Assembly (NCBI GenBank): GCA_963991985.1
Contig: CAXDRX010000006.1
Coordinates: 7,499-71,498 of the forward strand
Reading direction: 5' to 3'
Source of the DNA: an uncultured bacterium
GTDB taxonomy: Bacteria > Bacteroidota > Bacteroidia > NS11-12g > UBA9320
Length of the DNA stretch: 64,000 nucleotides
Within the stretch, counting starts at the first letter, position 1, and each line of letters opens with the position of its first letter. Below are positions 47,860 to 57,943 of the stretch, one piece after another. The notes below the pieces were generated by a model, which ran no database searches, was not told the origin of the DNA, and saw nothing but the letters and a program-made list of their open reading frames with translations. A program made the position numbers and the translations under genes.

Positions 47860-48636
47860 ATGTCAAATGAGAGACCGCTCATACTGATCAGCAACGACGA
47901 TGGAATTACCGCGCCTGGAATAAAAGCACTTGTAGAAACGATGAAACCATTGGGAGATCTTGTGGTCATTGCTCCAGATAGTCCGCAATCTGGGATGGGG
48001 CACGCGATAACCATTACTCGGCCGTTGCGATTGCATAAATCCGATGTTTTTGGCAAGGATGTTTTGGCTTTTCAGTGCTCAGGAACACCCGCAGATTGCG
48101 TAAAACTGGCCTTGGATAAAGTTGTCGATAGAAAACCCCAATTACTGGTTTCGGGAATCAATCATGGATCTAATGCGTCCATCAATGTCCTTTATTCCGG
48201 GACCATGTCAGCGGCAGTTGAAGGCGCCATTGACGGTTTAAATGCTATTGGTTTTTCTCTTTGTGACTATAGCTTCGAAGCAGACTTTGAAGCGAGCAAG
48301 GCCTATGTCAGGAAGATTGCAAAGAATGTTTTGTTGCATGGCCTTCCAAAAGATACATTGTTGAATGTGAATGTTCCCAATGTTCAGAAAAAAGACATCA
48401 AAGGAATTAAAATTTGCCGTCAAGCAAGGGCAAAATGGGTAGAAGAATTCGATGAAAGAAGAGACCCTAACGGAAGAAAATATTTTTGGCTTACAGGTCA
48501 ATTTTCATTGCTTGACCACGATGAAAAAACAGATGAATGGTCTTTAAAAAATGACTACATATCTGTTGTACCTGTGCAGTTTGATCTCACTGCCTACAAT
48601 GCTTTGAAGACGCTAGAATCATGGGATTGGACATGA
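47860..48636 (+). CDS. surE: 5'/3'-nucleotidase SurE
   Basis: The N-terminus ILISNDDGITAPGIKAL is the canonical SurE sequence. 258 aa. Confidence 0.9.
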   Translation: MSNERPLILISNDDGITAPGIKALVETMKPLGDLVVIAPDSPQSGMGHAITITRPLRLHKSDVFGKDVLAFQCSGTPADCVKLALDKVVDRKPQLLVSGINHGSNASINVLYSGTMSAAVEGAIDGLNAIGFSLCDYSFEADFEASKAYVRKIAKNVLLHGLPKDTLLNVNVPNVQKKDIKGIKICRQARAKWVEEFDERRDPNGRKYFWLTGQFSLLDHDEKTDEWSLKNDYISVVPVQFDLTAYNALKTLESWDWT

Positions 48637-48932
48637 AAGGAAGAAGAAAAAAAATAGCCTTGGGTTTTATCACTGGCATCCTTAGCCCATTCCTTCTTTT
48701 TTTGATTTTGTATTTGAACTCAGATGTCGATACCCATTTTTATACCTATGTCAGCAAAACCATCAGCACATTGTATTTTTTACCCCTTATGAAGTTGGCG
48801 TTGCTTATCAACTTGGCACCCTTTATGGTCGCGATGTATCTCAATAGATTGTTGTTTGCGCGGGGGATATTGATGTCAACTTTTCTATATGCTCTACTTT
48901 TTATTTTGAAGTATTTCAGTAATGGATTATGA
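48621..48932 (+). CDS. Hypothetical small membrane protein (3 predicted TM)
   Basis: 103 aa, overlapping both the surE stop and the lpxB start, so it looks translationally coupled within an operon. Confidence 0.4.
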   Translation: MGLDMKGRRKKIALGFITGILSPFLLFLILYLNSDVDTHFYTYVSKTISTLYFLPLMKLALLINLAPFMVAMYLNRLLFARGILMSTFLYALLFILKYFSNGL

Positions 48933-50041
48933 AATATTATTTAATTGCTGGTGAAGCGTCAGGGGATCTTCATGGTGCCAACCTAATCAAAGAGATAAGA
49001 ATACAAGACCCAGAGGCTGAATTTCGAGCTTGGGGGGGTGACAAAATGCGCAATAGTGGAGCTACTTTGGCACAACACTACAAGGATTTGGCCTTTATGG
49101 GCTTAGTGGATGTTTTAAAAAATCTTAAAACCATTAAAAAATTTTTGAAATTGTGCAAAAAAGATATTGCCCTTTATCGTCCCGACAAAATTATTTTTAT
49201 TGACTATCCTGGCTTCAACTTACGAATTGCCGAGTATGCCTACCACCAAAAAATTGAAACACATTATTTTATTTCACCAAAATTATGGGCATGGAATACA
49301 AATCGCATTAAGAAGATCAAAAAATATATCAAACAAATGCTGGTCATTTTTCCTTTCGAAGAATCCTTCTATGCCCAATACAATTATCCCGTAAAATACG
49401 TGGGAAATCCACTTTATGATGAATTGAGCAATTGGCGAAATACAAAGGGAGAGGCTGCAGCAAAAAAATTACAAAATCAATACGACAAACCAATCATTGG
49501 TCTTTTGCCTGGCAGTAGAAAACAAGAAATTGTAGCACATAGCAAACTTTTGTATCGTTTGGCTGAGTTGTACCCAAGCTACCAATTTGTTGTGGCGGGA
49601 GCTCCGTCCATTGACCCCTCTTTCTATCAGAAAAATTGTCTCAGTGTAAAAGTTCCAATCATTTATGATGAAACTTATGCACTTATACAAGCAAGTAAAG
49701 TCTGCATTGTAGCTTCGGGCACAGCAAGTTTAGAGACGGCCTTGCTAAAAACACCTCAATTGGTGATCTATAAAACCAATGATTTGAGCTATCAGGTAGG
49801 AAAAAAATTGATTAAAGTAAAATTTTTGTCATTGGTTAATTTGATTCTAAACAAGAAGGCGGTTCCTGAAATTATCCAATATAAATTCCAGCTAAGAAAT
49901 TTAAAAAAACAGTTGGATTTACTGCTTCATTCTCGACCAATTCAAAAGCAAACTGAGATTGATTATCAAAATCTTCAAAATATTTTGGGTGACACTGGTG
50001 CTTCAAAACGAGCTGCACAAGAAATTGTTACCTTTGGATAA
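48929..50041 (+). CDS. lpxB: Lipid-A-disaccharide synthase
   Basis: The N-terminus YYLIAGEASGDLHGANLI is the LpxB signature. 370 aa. Confidence 0.9.
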   Translation: MKYYLIAGEASGDLHGANLIKEIRIQDPEAEFRAWGGDKMRNSGATLAQHYKDLAFMGLVDVLKNLKTIKKFLKLCKKDIALYRPDKIIFIDYPGFNLRIAEYAYHQKIETHYFISPKLWAWNTNRIKKIKKYIKQMLVIFPFEESFYAQYNYPVKYVGNPLYDELSNWRNTKGEAAAKKLQNQYDKPIIGLLPGSRKQEIVAHSKLLYRLAELYPSYQFVVAGAPSIDPSFYQKNCLSVKVPIIYDETYALIQASKVCIVASGTASLETALLKTPQLVIYKTNDLSYQVGKKLIKVKFLSLVNLILNKKAVPEIIQYKFQLRNLKKQLDLLLHSRPIQKQTEIDYQNLQNILGDTGASKRAAQEIVTFG

Positions 50042-50045
50042 AATT

Positions 50046-50540
50046 ATGGTCAAACAATTTGCTATCCTTGGATTTATTCTTTTTGTAAGTGCATGCAAAA
50101 GCCGCAAATCTTCTATAGAAAGTTCAACACACAGATCACTAATTTTAATTGCTGAAGAATATTGTGGTGGTGCAGCACCTTCCATGGAGATGCTCGAAGA
50201 TTTAGCCAAGCCCAAACCCTATAAATCCAGTTTATTGTATTGGTGCTATTTGGATTCTGTAGAAATGAAAATCATTGATTTAAAGGAGATTTTCACCGAC
50301 AAAAATGGTTTTCTCGAATTTGAGAACAGCTCAAAAGAAATTTTACTTTTCTTCGAAAAACCACGAGCAGAAAAATCAGCTGAGGAATTGAAGCAATTGA
50401 GTCCAAGAGAGAGAGAAATTTATGAGTGTGAAAAGGAGTTTTATAGTCAGCCCAACGGAATCATATCTTCTAAAAACTTTTCTCCGCTAGATACTGTTTT
50501 TATGACGAAAACGTGCAACCATTGTATACCATTAGAATAG
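50046..50540 (+). CDS. Hypothetical lipoprotein
   Basis: Lipobox LFVSAC after a signal peptide, starting at the internal ATG at 50046. I recognise no domain. Confidence 0.45.
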   Translation: MVKQFAILGFILFVSACKSRKSSIESSTHRSLILIAEEYCGGAAPSMEMLEDLAKPKPYKSSLLYWCYLDSVEMKIIDLKEIFTDKNGFLEFENSSKEILLFFEKPRAEKSAEELKQLSPREREIYECEKEFYSQPNGIISSKNFSPLDTVFMTKTCNHCIPLE

Positions 50541-50571
50541 AATTAAATAAAATCCTTAAAAAAAGAGTTTC

Positions 50572-51675
50572 ATGAAAAAACAAAAAGTACATTTCAATGC
50601 TAAGGACAACGTTGAATTTGTCAAAGAGTTGAGAAATCGGGTCAATAAGTATTTCAAAGACAATAATATTTCTCGCTACGCCAACTTGAGCATGAAAGTT
50701 AAGACAACGCTCATGATCTTGTTGTACTTCACCCCCCTTATTTTTTTGCTTTCTTACCCAATAAACTCCCTTTACACAAATTATCTCCTTTGGATTTTAA
50801 TGGCTTTGGGGATGAGTGGAATTGGCTTAAGCATTATGCACGATGCCAACCATGGTGCGTATTCTAAGAATAAACTTACCAATAAAATTTTGGGATATTT
50901 GGTTAACTTTTTGGGAGCATATCATCTCAATTGGAAAATACAGCACAACGTTCTGCATCATTCTTTCACCAATGTTCATGGCATGGACGAGGATTTAGAA
51001 AATGGCGTATTGCGTTTGTCTCCCAATCAACCCCACAAAAAGATTTTTAGGTTTCAGATTTTTTATGCCCCCATCATGTATGGACTGATGACATTATATT
51101 GGGTTGTTGCAAAAGATTTTTTGGATGCCCTAAGGTATGCCAAACAAGACTTATTGAAAAGTCAAAATATTACCCTAAGTAAAGCACTTTGGTATATTTC
51201 ATTAAATAAATTATGGTATTGGGTTCTTACGCTCTTATTGCCCATTATTTTTGTTTCCTTGCCTTGGTGGCATATTGTGATGGGGTTTATTCTCATGCAT
51301 TTTATTACTGGATTAATTTTAGGCTTTATTTTCCAACCTGCTCATGTTCTTGAGGAAACCCAATTTGTGGAAATAGATGAAAAGGGTAGTATAGAGAACA
51401 ATTGGGCCATCCATCAGCTTTTGACCACAGCCAACTTTGCCAACAAAAGCAAGGTTTTCTCTTGGTTAATTGGGTGTTTAAATTTTCAAGTTGAACACCA
51501 TCTTTTCCCCAACATTTGTCACATTCATTATCCTAAAATTTCAAATATTGTTAAGCAAACCGCCTTGGAATTTAACATTCCATATAATGAGCACAGCTCT
51601 TACTTCAAAGCAATAAAAAGTCATTTTTCTTTGCTCTACAAACTGGGCAAAGGCGAATACAAGCTTGTTTCGTAA
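50572..51675 (+). CDS. Membrane fatty-acid desaturase
   Basis: Three His boxes (HDANHGAY, HNVLHH, QVEHHLFP) with the TM topology of acyl-lipid/CoA desaturases. Confidence 0.85.
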   Translation: MKKQKVHFNAKDNVEFVKELRNRVNKYFKDNNISRYANLSMKVKTTLMILLYFTPLIFLLSYPINSLYTNYLLWILMALGMSGIGLSIMHDANHGAYSKNKLTNKILGYLVNFLGAYHLNWKIQHNVLHHSFTNVHGMDEDLENGVLRLSPNQPHKKIFRFQIFYAPIMYGLMTLYWVVAKDFLDALRYAKQDLLKSQNITLSKALWYISLNKLWYWVLTLLLPIIFVSLPWWHIVMGFILMHFITGLILGFIFQPAHVLEETQFVEIDEKGSIENNWAIHQLLTTANFANKSKVFSWLIGCLNFQVEHHLFPNICHIHYPKISNIVKQTALEFNIPYNEHSSYFKAIKSHFSLLYKLGKGEYKLVS

Positions 51676-51701
51676 AGACCAAATAAGTCGTTTCCACTTT
51701 T

Positions 51702-52334
51702 ATGAAATTTTTTTTGGCTGAATTTTTTGGTACTGCTCTGATGGTTTTTTTTGGCACCCTCAGTATTGTGCTTTCCCATCAGCTTGCTTTTGTCAATGAT
51801 TTTGTAATTTCTCTGGGTTTTGGTTTCATCGTCATGGTCATGATTTATATTTTTAGAAATATTTCTGGGGCACACATAAATCCTGCGGTAAGCTTGGGTT
51901 TTTATTTATTGAAGAAATTATCCTCTCCTCTCTTATTTCTCTATGTATTTGCTCAACTTTTGGGCGGTACATTTGCTTCTTTTTTGATTTCCATTTTATT
52001 CCCAAATACGATTGCCTTCGGGGAAACTGTCCCCCAAGTTGGTACTGGGGAAGCCCTTTTTATCGAAATTTTTATTTCAATGATTTTAATGACTGCAATT
52101 CTTTGGATTGCAAACCACAAGCAATGGTCAAAATTTACCCCACCCGTAGTTGGGATAGTCGTTTGTATTTTGGCTTATATTTTTGGTCCTTATACTGGCG
52201 CTAGCATGAACCCCGCCAGATCATTTGGCCCCGCCATGTTCTCCAATACGATTTCAGTTTTATGGCTTTATTTCATCGGGCCCTGCTTGGGAACGACAAT
52301 TGGTTCTTTGGTATATAAAATGATTACCAGTTAA
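51702..52334 (+). CDS. Aquaporin / MIP-family channel
   Basis: Two NPA motifs (SGAHINPAVS, GASMNPARSFGPA) and about six TM helices. Confidence 0.85.
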   Translation: MKFFLAEFFGTALMVFFGTLSIVLSHQLAFVNDFVISLGFGFIVMVMIYIFRNISGAHINPAVSLGFYLLKKLSSPLLFLYVFAQLLGGTFASFLISILFPNTIAFGETVPQVGTGEALFIEIFISMILMTAILWIANHKQWSKFTPPVVGIVVCILAYIFGPYTGASMNPARSFGPAMFSNTISVLWLYFIGPCLGTTIGSLVYKMITS

Positions 52335-52995
52335 TGGTGGGCAAATTATGTTGTTTGAGGAATTCGTTTGTTTTACTAAAATGTTTGCAGCCAAAAAAAC
52401 CCATATGAGCACTAAAGGGTGATGGATGGGCTGCCTTAAGGATGCCGTGTTTGTAGGAATCTATTAAACGCTCTTTCCCTTGCGCAAAGCGTCCCCACAA
52501 CAGAAAAACCAAGTTCTTCTTGTTCTCCGATAGTTTTTGGATCACGCAATCTGTAAATTTTTCCCAACCCTTATTTTGATGACTGCCCGGGCGACCCTTT
52601 TCTACTGTTAGCGTTGAATTGAGCATCAAAACACCTTGGCTTGCCCAGTCACTTAAGTCACCATTTTTTTTGATTGGCAATCTCAAATCATGATTCAATT
52701 CTTTAAAAATATTTCGCAAAGAGGGAGGCACAGCTGTCTTGGAATCTACTGAAAAAGCCAAACCATTTGCTTGTCCTAGGCCATGATATGGATCTTGTCC
52801 AATGATGACAACTTTTACTTGGTGAACTGGTGTTTTGTGAAAAGCGGCAAATATTTTAGGCTCTGGAGGGAAAATAATTTTGCCCAATTTTTTCTCTTCT
52901 TTGACAAATTCGGTGAGCCTTTTGACATAATTTCTATCCCATTCACTTTGCAAAAACTCCTTCCAACTTGCCTCTATATTTACATCGCTGGGCAA
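52324..52995 (-). CDS. ung: Uracil-DNA glycosylase (family 1)
   Basis: VVIIGQDPYHG with GQANGLAFSV and the HPSPLSA-like motif (HPSPFSA). 223 aa. Confidence 0.9.
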   Translation of the reverse strand: MPSDVNIEASWKEFLQSEWDRNYVKRLTEFVKEEKKLGKIIFPPEPKIFAAFHKTPVHQVKVVIIGQDPYHGLGQANGLAFSVDSKTAVPPSLRNIFKELNHDLRLPIKKNGDLSDWASQGVLMLNSTLTVEKGRPGSHQNKGWEKFTDCVIQKLSENKKNLVFLLWGRFAQGKERLIDSYKHGILKAAHPSPFSAHMGFFGCKHFSKTNEFLKQHNLPTINW

Positions 52996-52997
52996 AT

Positions 52998-54137
52998 CTA
53001 GCCAATGGCTTGTTCTAAATCTTCTATTAAATCCATTTCATATTCGATACCAACACTCAATCGAATCAAAGAATCCGTCAAACCTGCTTCAAGTCTCTTT
53101 TCTGGAGGAATACTGGCGTGAGTCATGCTTGCAGGGTGCCCAATCAAGCTTTCAACCCCTCCTAGAGATTCTGCCAAGGTAAAAATTTTTGTTCTTGAAA
53201 TTACTTGATGTGCATGTTCTATGGAGTTATTTGTTAGTTCAAAACTTATCATTCCCCCAAAATCAGACATTTGCTCAGCAGCTATTTTGTGGTTTTTATG
53301 ATTCTCAAATCCTGGCCAATGTACTCTGCTAACCTTGCTGTTTTGTTGTAAGAAATGAGCTATTTTTTTTCCATTTTCTGAATGCCTTTGCATTCTAACT
53401 GATAGCGTTTTTATTCCACGGAGGGTTAAGAATGCATCCATTGGACCGGGAACAGCACCGGAAGAATTTTGGTAAAATGCCAATTCATCATTCAATTGAT
53501 GATCATTGGTTACCAAAGCACCCATCACCACATCCGAATGACCCGCGATATATTTTGTGGCAGAGTGCATCACTACGTCTGCCCCAAGTTCTAACGGATT
53601 TTGTAAATATGGCGAAGCAAAAGTATTGTCAACCACAGATATCGCTTTATGTTGTTTTGCCACCTCCGAAACATGTTTGATGTCAATTATTTTTATGAGG
53701 GGGTTCGTGGGCGTTTCCATCCATACCAAACTTGTTTTTTCGTCAATATGTTGCTCAACCTCTCTTGCATTGGACATGTCAATAAATTGAAAATCTATTC
53801 CGTAAGTTGCAAAAACTTTTGTAAACAGACGGTAAGTACCTCCATACAAATCATTATTGGCAACAACTTTTTGGCCAGGTTTTATCAATTTCATAACTGT
53901 GTCTATCGCTGCCATTCCACTGGCAAAAGCCAACCCAAATTTTCCATTTTCAAGTGATGCTAGGGCATTTTGCAGTTGTGTTCGAGTTGGATTGTGTGTT
54001 CGAGAGTATTCGTACCCTTTGTGCTCTCCAGGCCATTTTTGGACATAGGTGGAGGTTTGATAAATGGGTGTCATGATGGCCCCAGTTTCGGGATCTGGAT
54101 GTACGCCTGCATGAATGACTTTGGTATTGAAGTGCAT
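52998..54137 (-). CDS. PLP-dependent trans-sulfuration enzyme (cystathionine gamma-synthase/beta-lyase/Met gamma-lyase family)
   Basis: Cys/Met-metabolism PLP family, with the PLP-Lys in SATKYIAGHSD and the N-terminal Y-x-R-x-x-NPT block. Confidence 0.85.
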   Translation of the reverse strand: MHFNTKVIHAGVHPDPETGAIMTPIYQTSTYVQKWPGEHKGYEYSRTHNPTRTQLQNALASLENGKFGLAFASGMAAIDTVMKLIKPGQKVVANNDLYGGTYRLFTKVFATYGIDFQFIDMSNAREVEQHIDEKTSLVWMETPTNPLIKIIDIKHVSEVAKQHKAISVVDNTFASPYLQNPLELGADVVMHSATKYIAGHSDVVMGALVTNDHQLNDELAFYQNSSGAVPGPMDAFLTLRGIKTLSVRMQRHSENGKKIAHFLQQNSKVSRVHWPGFENHKNHKIAAEQMSDFGGMISFELTNNSIEHAHQVISRTKIFTLAESLGGVESLIGHPASMTHASIPPEKRLEAGLTDSLIRLSVGIEYEMDLIEDLEQAIG

Positions 54138-54161
54138 GGTTCGCGAAGTTATGTGTAAATC

Positions 54162-54815
54162 TTATATTTTGATTATCCCATCTTTCATAGTCAAAATTCG
54201 GTTACACTGATTGGCCAATTCTATATTGTGTGTAACGATTACGAAGGTTTGCCCAAATTTTTTATTCAAATCAAAGAACAATTGATGAAGATCTCTTGCA
54301 TTTTCTGTATCCAAATTTCCTGAGGGTTCGTCTGCATAAACCACAGAAGGATTATTGGCTAGTGCTCTGGCAACGGCAACTCTTTGTTGCTCTCCTCCGG
54401 AAAGCTCGTTGGGTTTATGATGCAAACGATTGGACAGACCAAGCAAATTGAGCAATTCCTCAGCTCTTTTTATCGCTACACTTTTTTTTCGCTTGGCGAT
54501 CAGCAGAGGCATTAATGTGTTTTCCAATGCTGAAAATTCCGGTAATAAATGATGAAACTGGAAAACAAAGCCTATTTCTGTATTCCGAAATTTATCTAAT
54601 TCTGCATGAGAAAGTTCTGCAATAATTTGCTGATTGTACCTTATCTCTCCTGAATCTGGCTTATCCAAGGTGCCTAAGATTTGTAAAAGAGTTGATTTAC
54701 CTGCACCTGATGGACCAACGATGGAAATTATTTCGCCTTTTTTGATTTGCAAATCAATATTCTTCAAGATTTGAATATTGCCAAAATTTTTGTTTAAACC
54801 CTTAACCTCAATCAT
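54162..54815 (-). CDS. ABC transporter ATP-binding protein (LolD-like)
   Basis: Walker A GPSGAGKST, signature LSGGEQQRVAVARAL, Walker B VYADEPSG. The start is taken at the internal Met (MIEVKGL). No adjacent permease. Confidence 0.85.
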   Translation of the reverse strand: MIEVKGLNKNFGNIQILKNIDLQIKKGEIISIVGPSGAGKSTLLQILGTLDKPDSGEIRYNQQIIAELSHAELDKFRNTEIGFVFQFHHLLPEFSALENTLMPLLIAKRKKSVAIKRAEELLNLLGLSNRLHHKPNELSGGEQQRVAVARALANNPSVVYADEPSGNLDTENARDLHQLFFDLNKKFGQTFVIVTHNIELANQCNRILTMKDGIIKI

Positions 54816-56505
54816 TGGCAGTTTTAATTTTTTCAAAAACGTCATCAATAATTTGCTCCGCCTGGAGAATTGCCTTGTCTAAAATTTCTTTCCCTTGTTT
54901 CTTATATTTTTCAGCTTTGTTTCTATCAGCTAAATCTCGGGCATTGATCAATACATTCATATAGGCACCTTCTATTGCCGTTCTAGTGCATGCTGCACCA
55001 ACGCCGGCGTCACTTACCGAAGCTTGCAAGCCAAAATGCGCCATTTCCTTGCAAATGGCCAAGGTTTTGAAGGCTGTTTTCATTACTTCAAATGGCACTT
55101 CTATGGCACCAATTGTTGCTTCGTTGAGCAGTTTCTGTCTTTTTTTTCTTTCTTCTTCATTTCCTTTTGGGAGTTTAATTGCGTCCATTATTTTCCCAAA
55201 TGCGGAGGTATCTTCATTTACAAGAAAATTTAGTTTATCTTTTATTTTTTGAGTTTCTTCTGCCCACTGGGAATAGTACTCCACTTTCGACTCCCATCCT
55301 CTTTTGTTGGCGGATAAATTAGCGACCATCCCTGCCAAACTAGCACCCAAAGAACCTACATAAGCGGAAATAGAACCCCCACCGGGTGCAGGACTTTCGC
55401 TCGATGTTTCGTCTGCAAAAGAGGCCAAAGACATTTGAATTAAAGAATCTTTATTCGTTTGATTTAGTTTATACTCTATAATTTTTTCATAAGGATCAAA
55501 AGGACCAAGTTCATCCAAACCCATTGATTTGATGGCAATTTTTATGATTTCGGATTCTGGGACACCCAAAGATCTTCTTTGTTTTTTTAGGTAATGCTTA
55601 CCTGCATCCAAGATCGCCTTCAAAGGGATTAAGCCTACCAGTTCACTTCCAGTTACTCTTACTCCTCTCGTTATTGCACTGTTGTTCACTTCATCAAAAA
55701 AAACGTGAATTGGTGTTGTTTTATAATCCACCAAATTGGCAGAAATTTGTGCTACGCCATATTCTTCAATGTACCAGCCAATGGCTTTCACTGCCTTACA
55801 TTTACCAGGTACTCTTACAGGATTTCCCTCTCGATCGCGAACTATTTCCCCAACAAAGGGATCTCCTACCCTTTTTACACGGCCCGCCTCTCGAACATCG
55901 AAGGCAATTCTATTGGCAATTCTAGACGAAGTGGTATTTAAATTGATGTTGTATGCAATTAAAAAATCGCGAGCGCCAATATTGGTGGCCCCAGCTTTTT
56001 TATTCATGATAGCCTTGCCATAATCTGGTTTCCAACCGGCTTGTTGGATTTTATCAAACATACCCTCATATTCCCCAGCTCGTATTACGGAAAGATTTTT
56101 TCGTTTTTCGTTTTTCTGTGCTTCGCCATAAATAAAAATGGGAATTTCGGTGCTATTTGCTACCCTTTCCCCAAGTTTATGGGCATATTCTGACACTTCT
56201 TTCATGGAAATATTGGCTACCGGTATCAATGGACAAACATCTGTTGCACCCATTCTAGGATGTTCTCCCTTGTGCTTGGACATGTCAATCAATTCAGCTG
56301 CCTTTTTTATCGCCAACTCTGCAGCCAAAATAACCGGTTCTGGCTCTCCAACAAAAGTAACAACCGTTCGATTGGTGGCAGCCCCTGGATCTACATCCAA
56401 TAAAGTTATCCCTTCAATCTTTTCTATTGTATCGGTAATAGACTTGATAATTTGAAGATTTTTACCTTCACTAAAATTGGGCACGCATTCAATTAATTGT
56501 CTCAT
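54808..56505 (-). CDS. Bifunctional glutamate formimidoyltransferase / formimidoyl-THF cyclodeaminase (FTCD)
   Basis: The N-terminal formiminotransferase domain begins ...IECVPNFSEG.... A C-terminal cyclodeaminase helical domain follows. 565 aa. Confidence 0.8.
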   Translation of the reverse strand: MRQLIECVPNFSEGKNLQIIKSITDTIEKIEGITLLDVDPGAATNRTVVTFVGEPEPVILAAELAIKKAAELIDMSKHKGEHPRMGATDVCPLIPVANISMKEVSEYAHKLGERVANSTEIPIFIYGEAQKNEKRKNLSVIRAGEYEGMFDKIQQAGWKPDYGKAIMNKKAGATNIGARDFLIAYNINLNTTSSRIANRIAFDVREAGRVKRVGDPFVGEIVRDREGNPVRVPGKCKAVKAIGWYIEEYGVAQISANLVDYKTTPIHVFFDEVNNSAITRGVRVTGSELVGLIPLKAILDAGKHYLKKQRRSLGVPESEIIKIAIKSMGLDELGPFDPYEKIIEYKLNQTNKDSLIQMSLASFADETSSESPAPGGGSISAYVGSLGASLAGMVANLSANKRGWESKVEYYSQWAEETQKIKDKLNFLVNEDTSAFGKIMDAIKLPKGNEEERKKRQKLLNEATIGAIEVPFEVMKTAFKTLAICKEMAHFGLQASVSDAGVGAACTRTAIEGAYMNVLINARDLADRNKAEKYKKQGKEILDKAILQAEQIIDDVFEKIKTAND

Positions 56506-56580
56506 TTAAAGGCAAAGAAAGGTATCTATTCCGTTTTTTGACTTCTTTTTATAGCAAAAGTTGCTTAGTATTGTAGGAAT

Positions 56581-57120
56581 ATGAAAACCATTAGATTAAA
56601 CGTTATTATTTGTTCATTGGTTGGACTTTTTGCATTTGCAAGTTGTGGAGACGATGGAGGTGATCCGCCTGCCAATTCAGACAATAATAAAGATACAACA
56701 CCAACCGTAGTCATTGACTCAACCAATGGATTTATTTTGGGAGATGACCAGTATTTTGTTGCCAATATCAATTCGACAAATTCATATGCATCTTTCAATG
56801 ATGGAGAGAACAATACTAGTGTGTACGTTACAGGGACTGATCAGGCGGGCGACCCAGTTACAATAAATATTACTTTCCCTGGCCAATCAAAAGGTACATG
56901 GAATTTTTCTGAAGGGAATACCATTACTGCACTCTCAATAAAAAAGTTTAGCGCTGAACAACTTTATGCCTCAGATATTTCAGACCCCGATGGGAAACTT
57001 ATTGTCACTAAATATGGTGCTGTTGGCGAAACAATTGAAGGAACTTTTAGTGGTTTATTCAAACAATCCATAAGCTCTATTTTGGTTTCGAACGGGACCT
57101 TCAAAATAGTGAGAAAATAG
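56581..57120 (+). CDS. Hypothetical lipoprotein
   Basis: Lipobox FAFASCG. Asp/Gly/Thr-rich with a beta-rich body. I recognise no domain. A strong terminator follows it. Confidence 0.5.
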   Translation: MKTIRLNVIICSLVGLFAFASCGDDGGDPPANSDNNKDTTPTVVIDSTNGFILGDDQYFVANINSTNSYASFNDGENNTSVYVTGTDQAGDPVTINITFPGQSKGTWNFSEGNTITALSIKKFSAEQLYASDISDPDGKLIVTKYGAVGETIEGTFSGLFKQSISSILVSNGTFKIVRK

Positions 57121-57142
57121 TTTTTTGTAGTTCAGAAATTGA

Positions 57143-57172
57143 AAGCTCTGCCGTTGGTAGAGCTTTTTTTGT
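57143..57172 (+). terminator. Rho-independent terminator
   Basis: AAAGCTCT-gccgttggt-AGAGCTTT is an 8-bp stem followed by a T7 run, 23 nt after the lipoprotein stop. Confidence 0.65.
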
Positions 57173-57195
57173 TTTTATATATTTTCTTTGCTGCC

Positions 57196-57939
57196 ATGTT
57201 CGATCAGCATGTAACTCTCATTACGGGTGGATCAAGAGGTATTGGTAAAGGTATTGTTGAATATTTCTCAAAACTTGGCGCGAATGTTGCCTTCACCTAC
57301 AATAGTTCGTCGGAAAAAGCCAACCAACTTGTAGACCATTGTAAAAGTACTTTTGCAACCGAAGTAAAAGCCTACAAATCCAATGCAGCAGAGCTTGCTG
57401 ACGCCGAACAACTTGTACAAAACGTCCTTGACGATTTTGGACAATTGGACAGCTTAATCAATAATGCAGGCATAACCAAAGATACCTTAATGATGCGAAT
57501 GAGCGAAGAGCAGTGGGATGATGTTATTAATATCAATCTAAAATCTGTGTTTAACTTAACAAAAGCGAGTCTAAGAACTTTTTTAAAAGCCAAAAAAGGT
57601 TCGATTATTAATATGGGTAGTGTGGTTGGGGTTAATGGAAATGCAGGCCAGGCAAATTATGCAGCCTCTAAAGCAGGCATCATTGGCTTTTCAAAATCTA
57701 TTGCCAAAGAATTGGGAAGTAGAAATATACGTTGCAACGTAATCGCTCCCGGTTTTATTGAAACTGAAATGACAGAAAAGCTAGGCCAGGAAGTGGTAAA
57801 CAACTGGCGAAACCAAATTCCATTGAAACGAGGAGGCACCCCCCAAGACATTGCCGAGCTTGCTGCATTTTTGGCGTCTGACCAATCTTCATACATCACT
57901 GGTCAAGTGATTTCAATTTGTGGTGGAATGAATATATAA
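57196..57939 (+). CDS. fabG: 3-oxoacyl-[ACP] reductase
   Basis: TGGSRGIGKG, NNAG and a YAASKAG catalytic triad region. About 247 aa from the internal Met. Confidence 0.85.
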   Translation: MFDQHVTLITGGSRGIGKGIVEYFSKLGANVAFTYNSSSEKANQLVDHCKSTFATEVKAYKSNAAELADAEQLVQNVLDDFGQLDSLINNAGITKDTLMMRMSEEQWDDVININLKSVFNLTKASLRTFLKAKKGSIINMGSVVGVNGNAGQANYAASKAGIIGFSKSIAKELGSRNIRCNVIAPGFIETEMTEKLGQEVVNNWRNQIPLKRGGTPQDIAELAAFLASDQSSYITGQVISICGGMNI

Positions 57940-57943
57940 TCCA

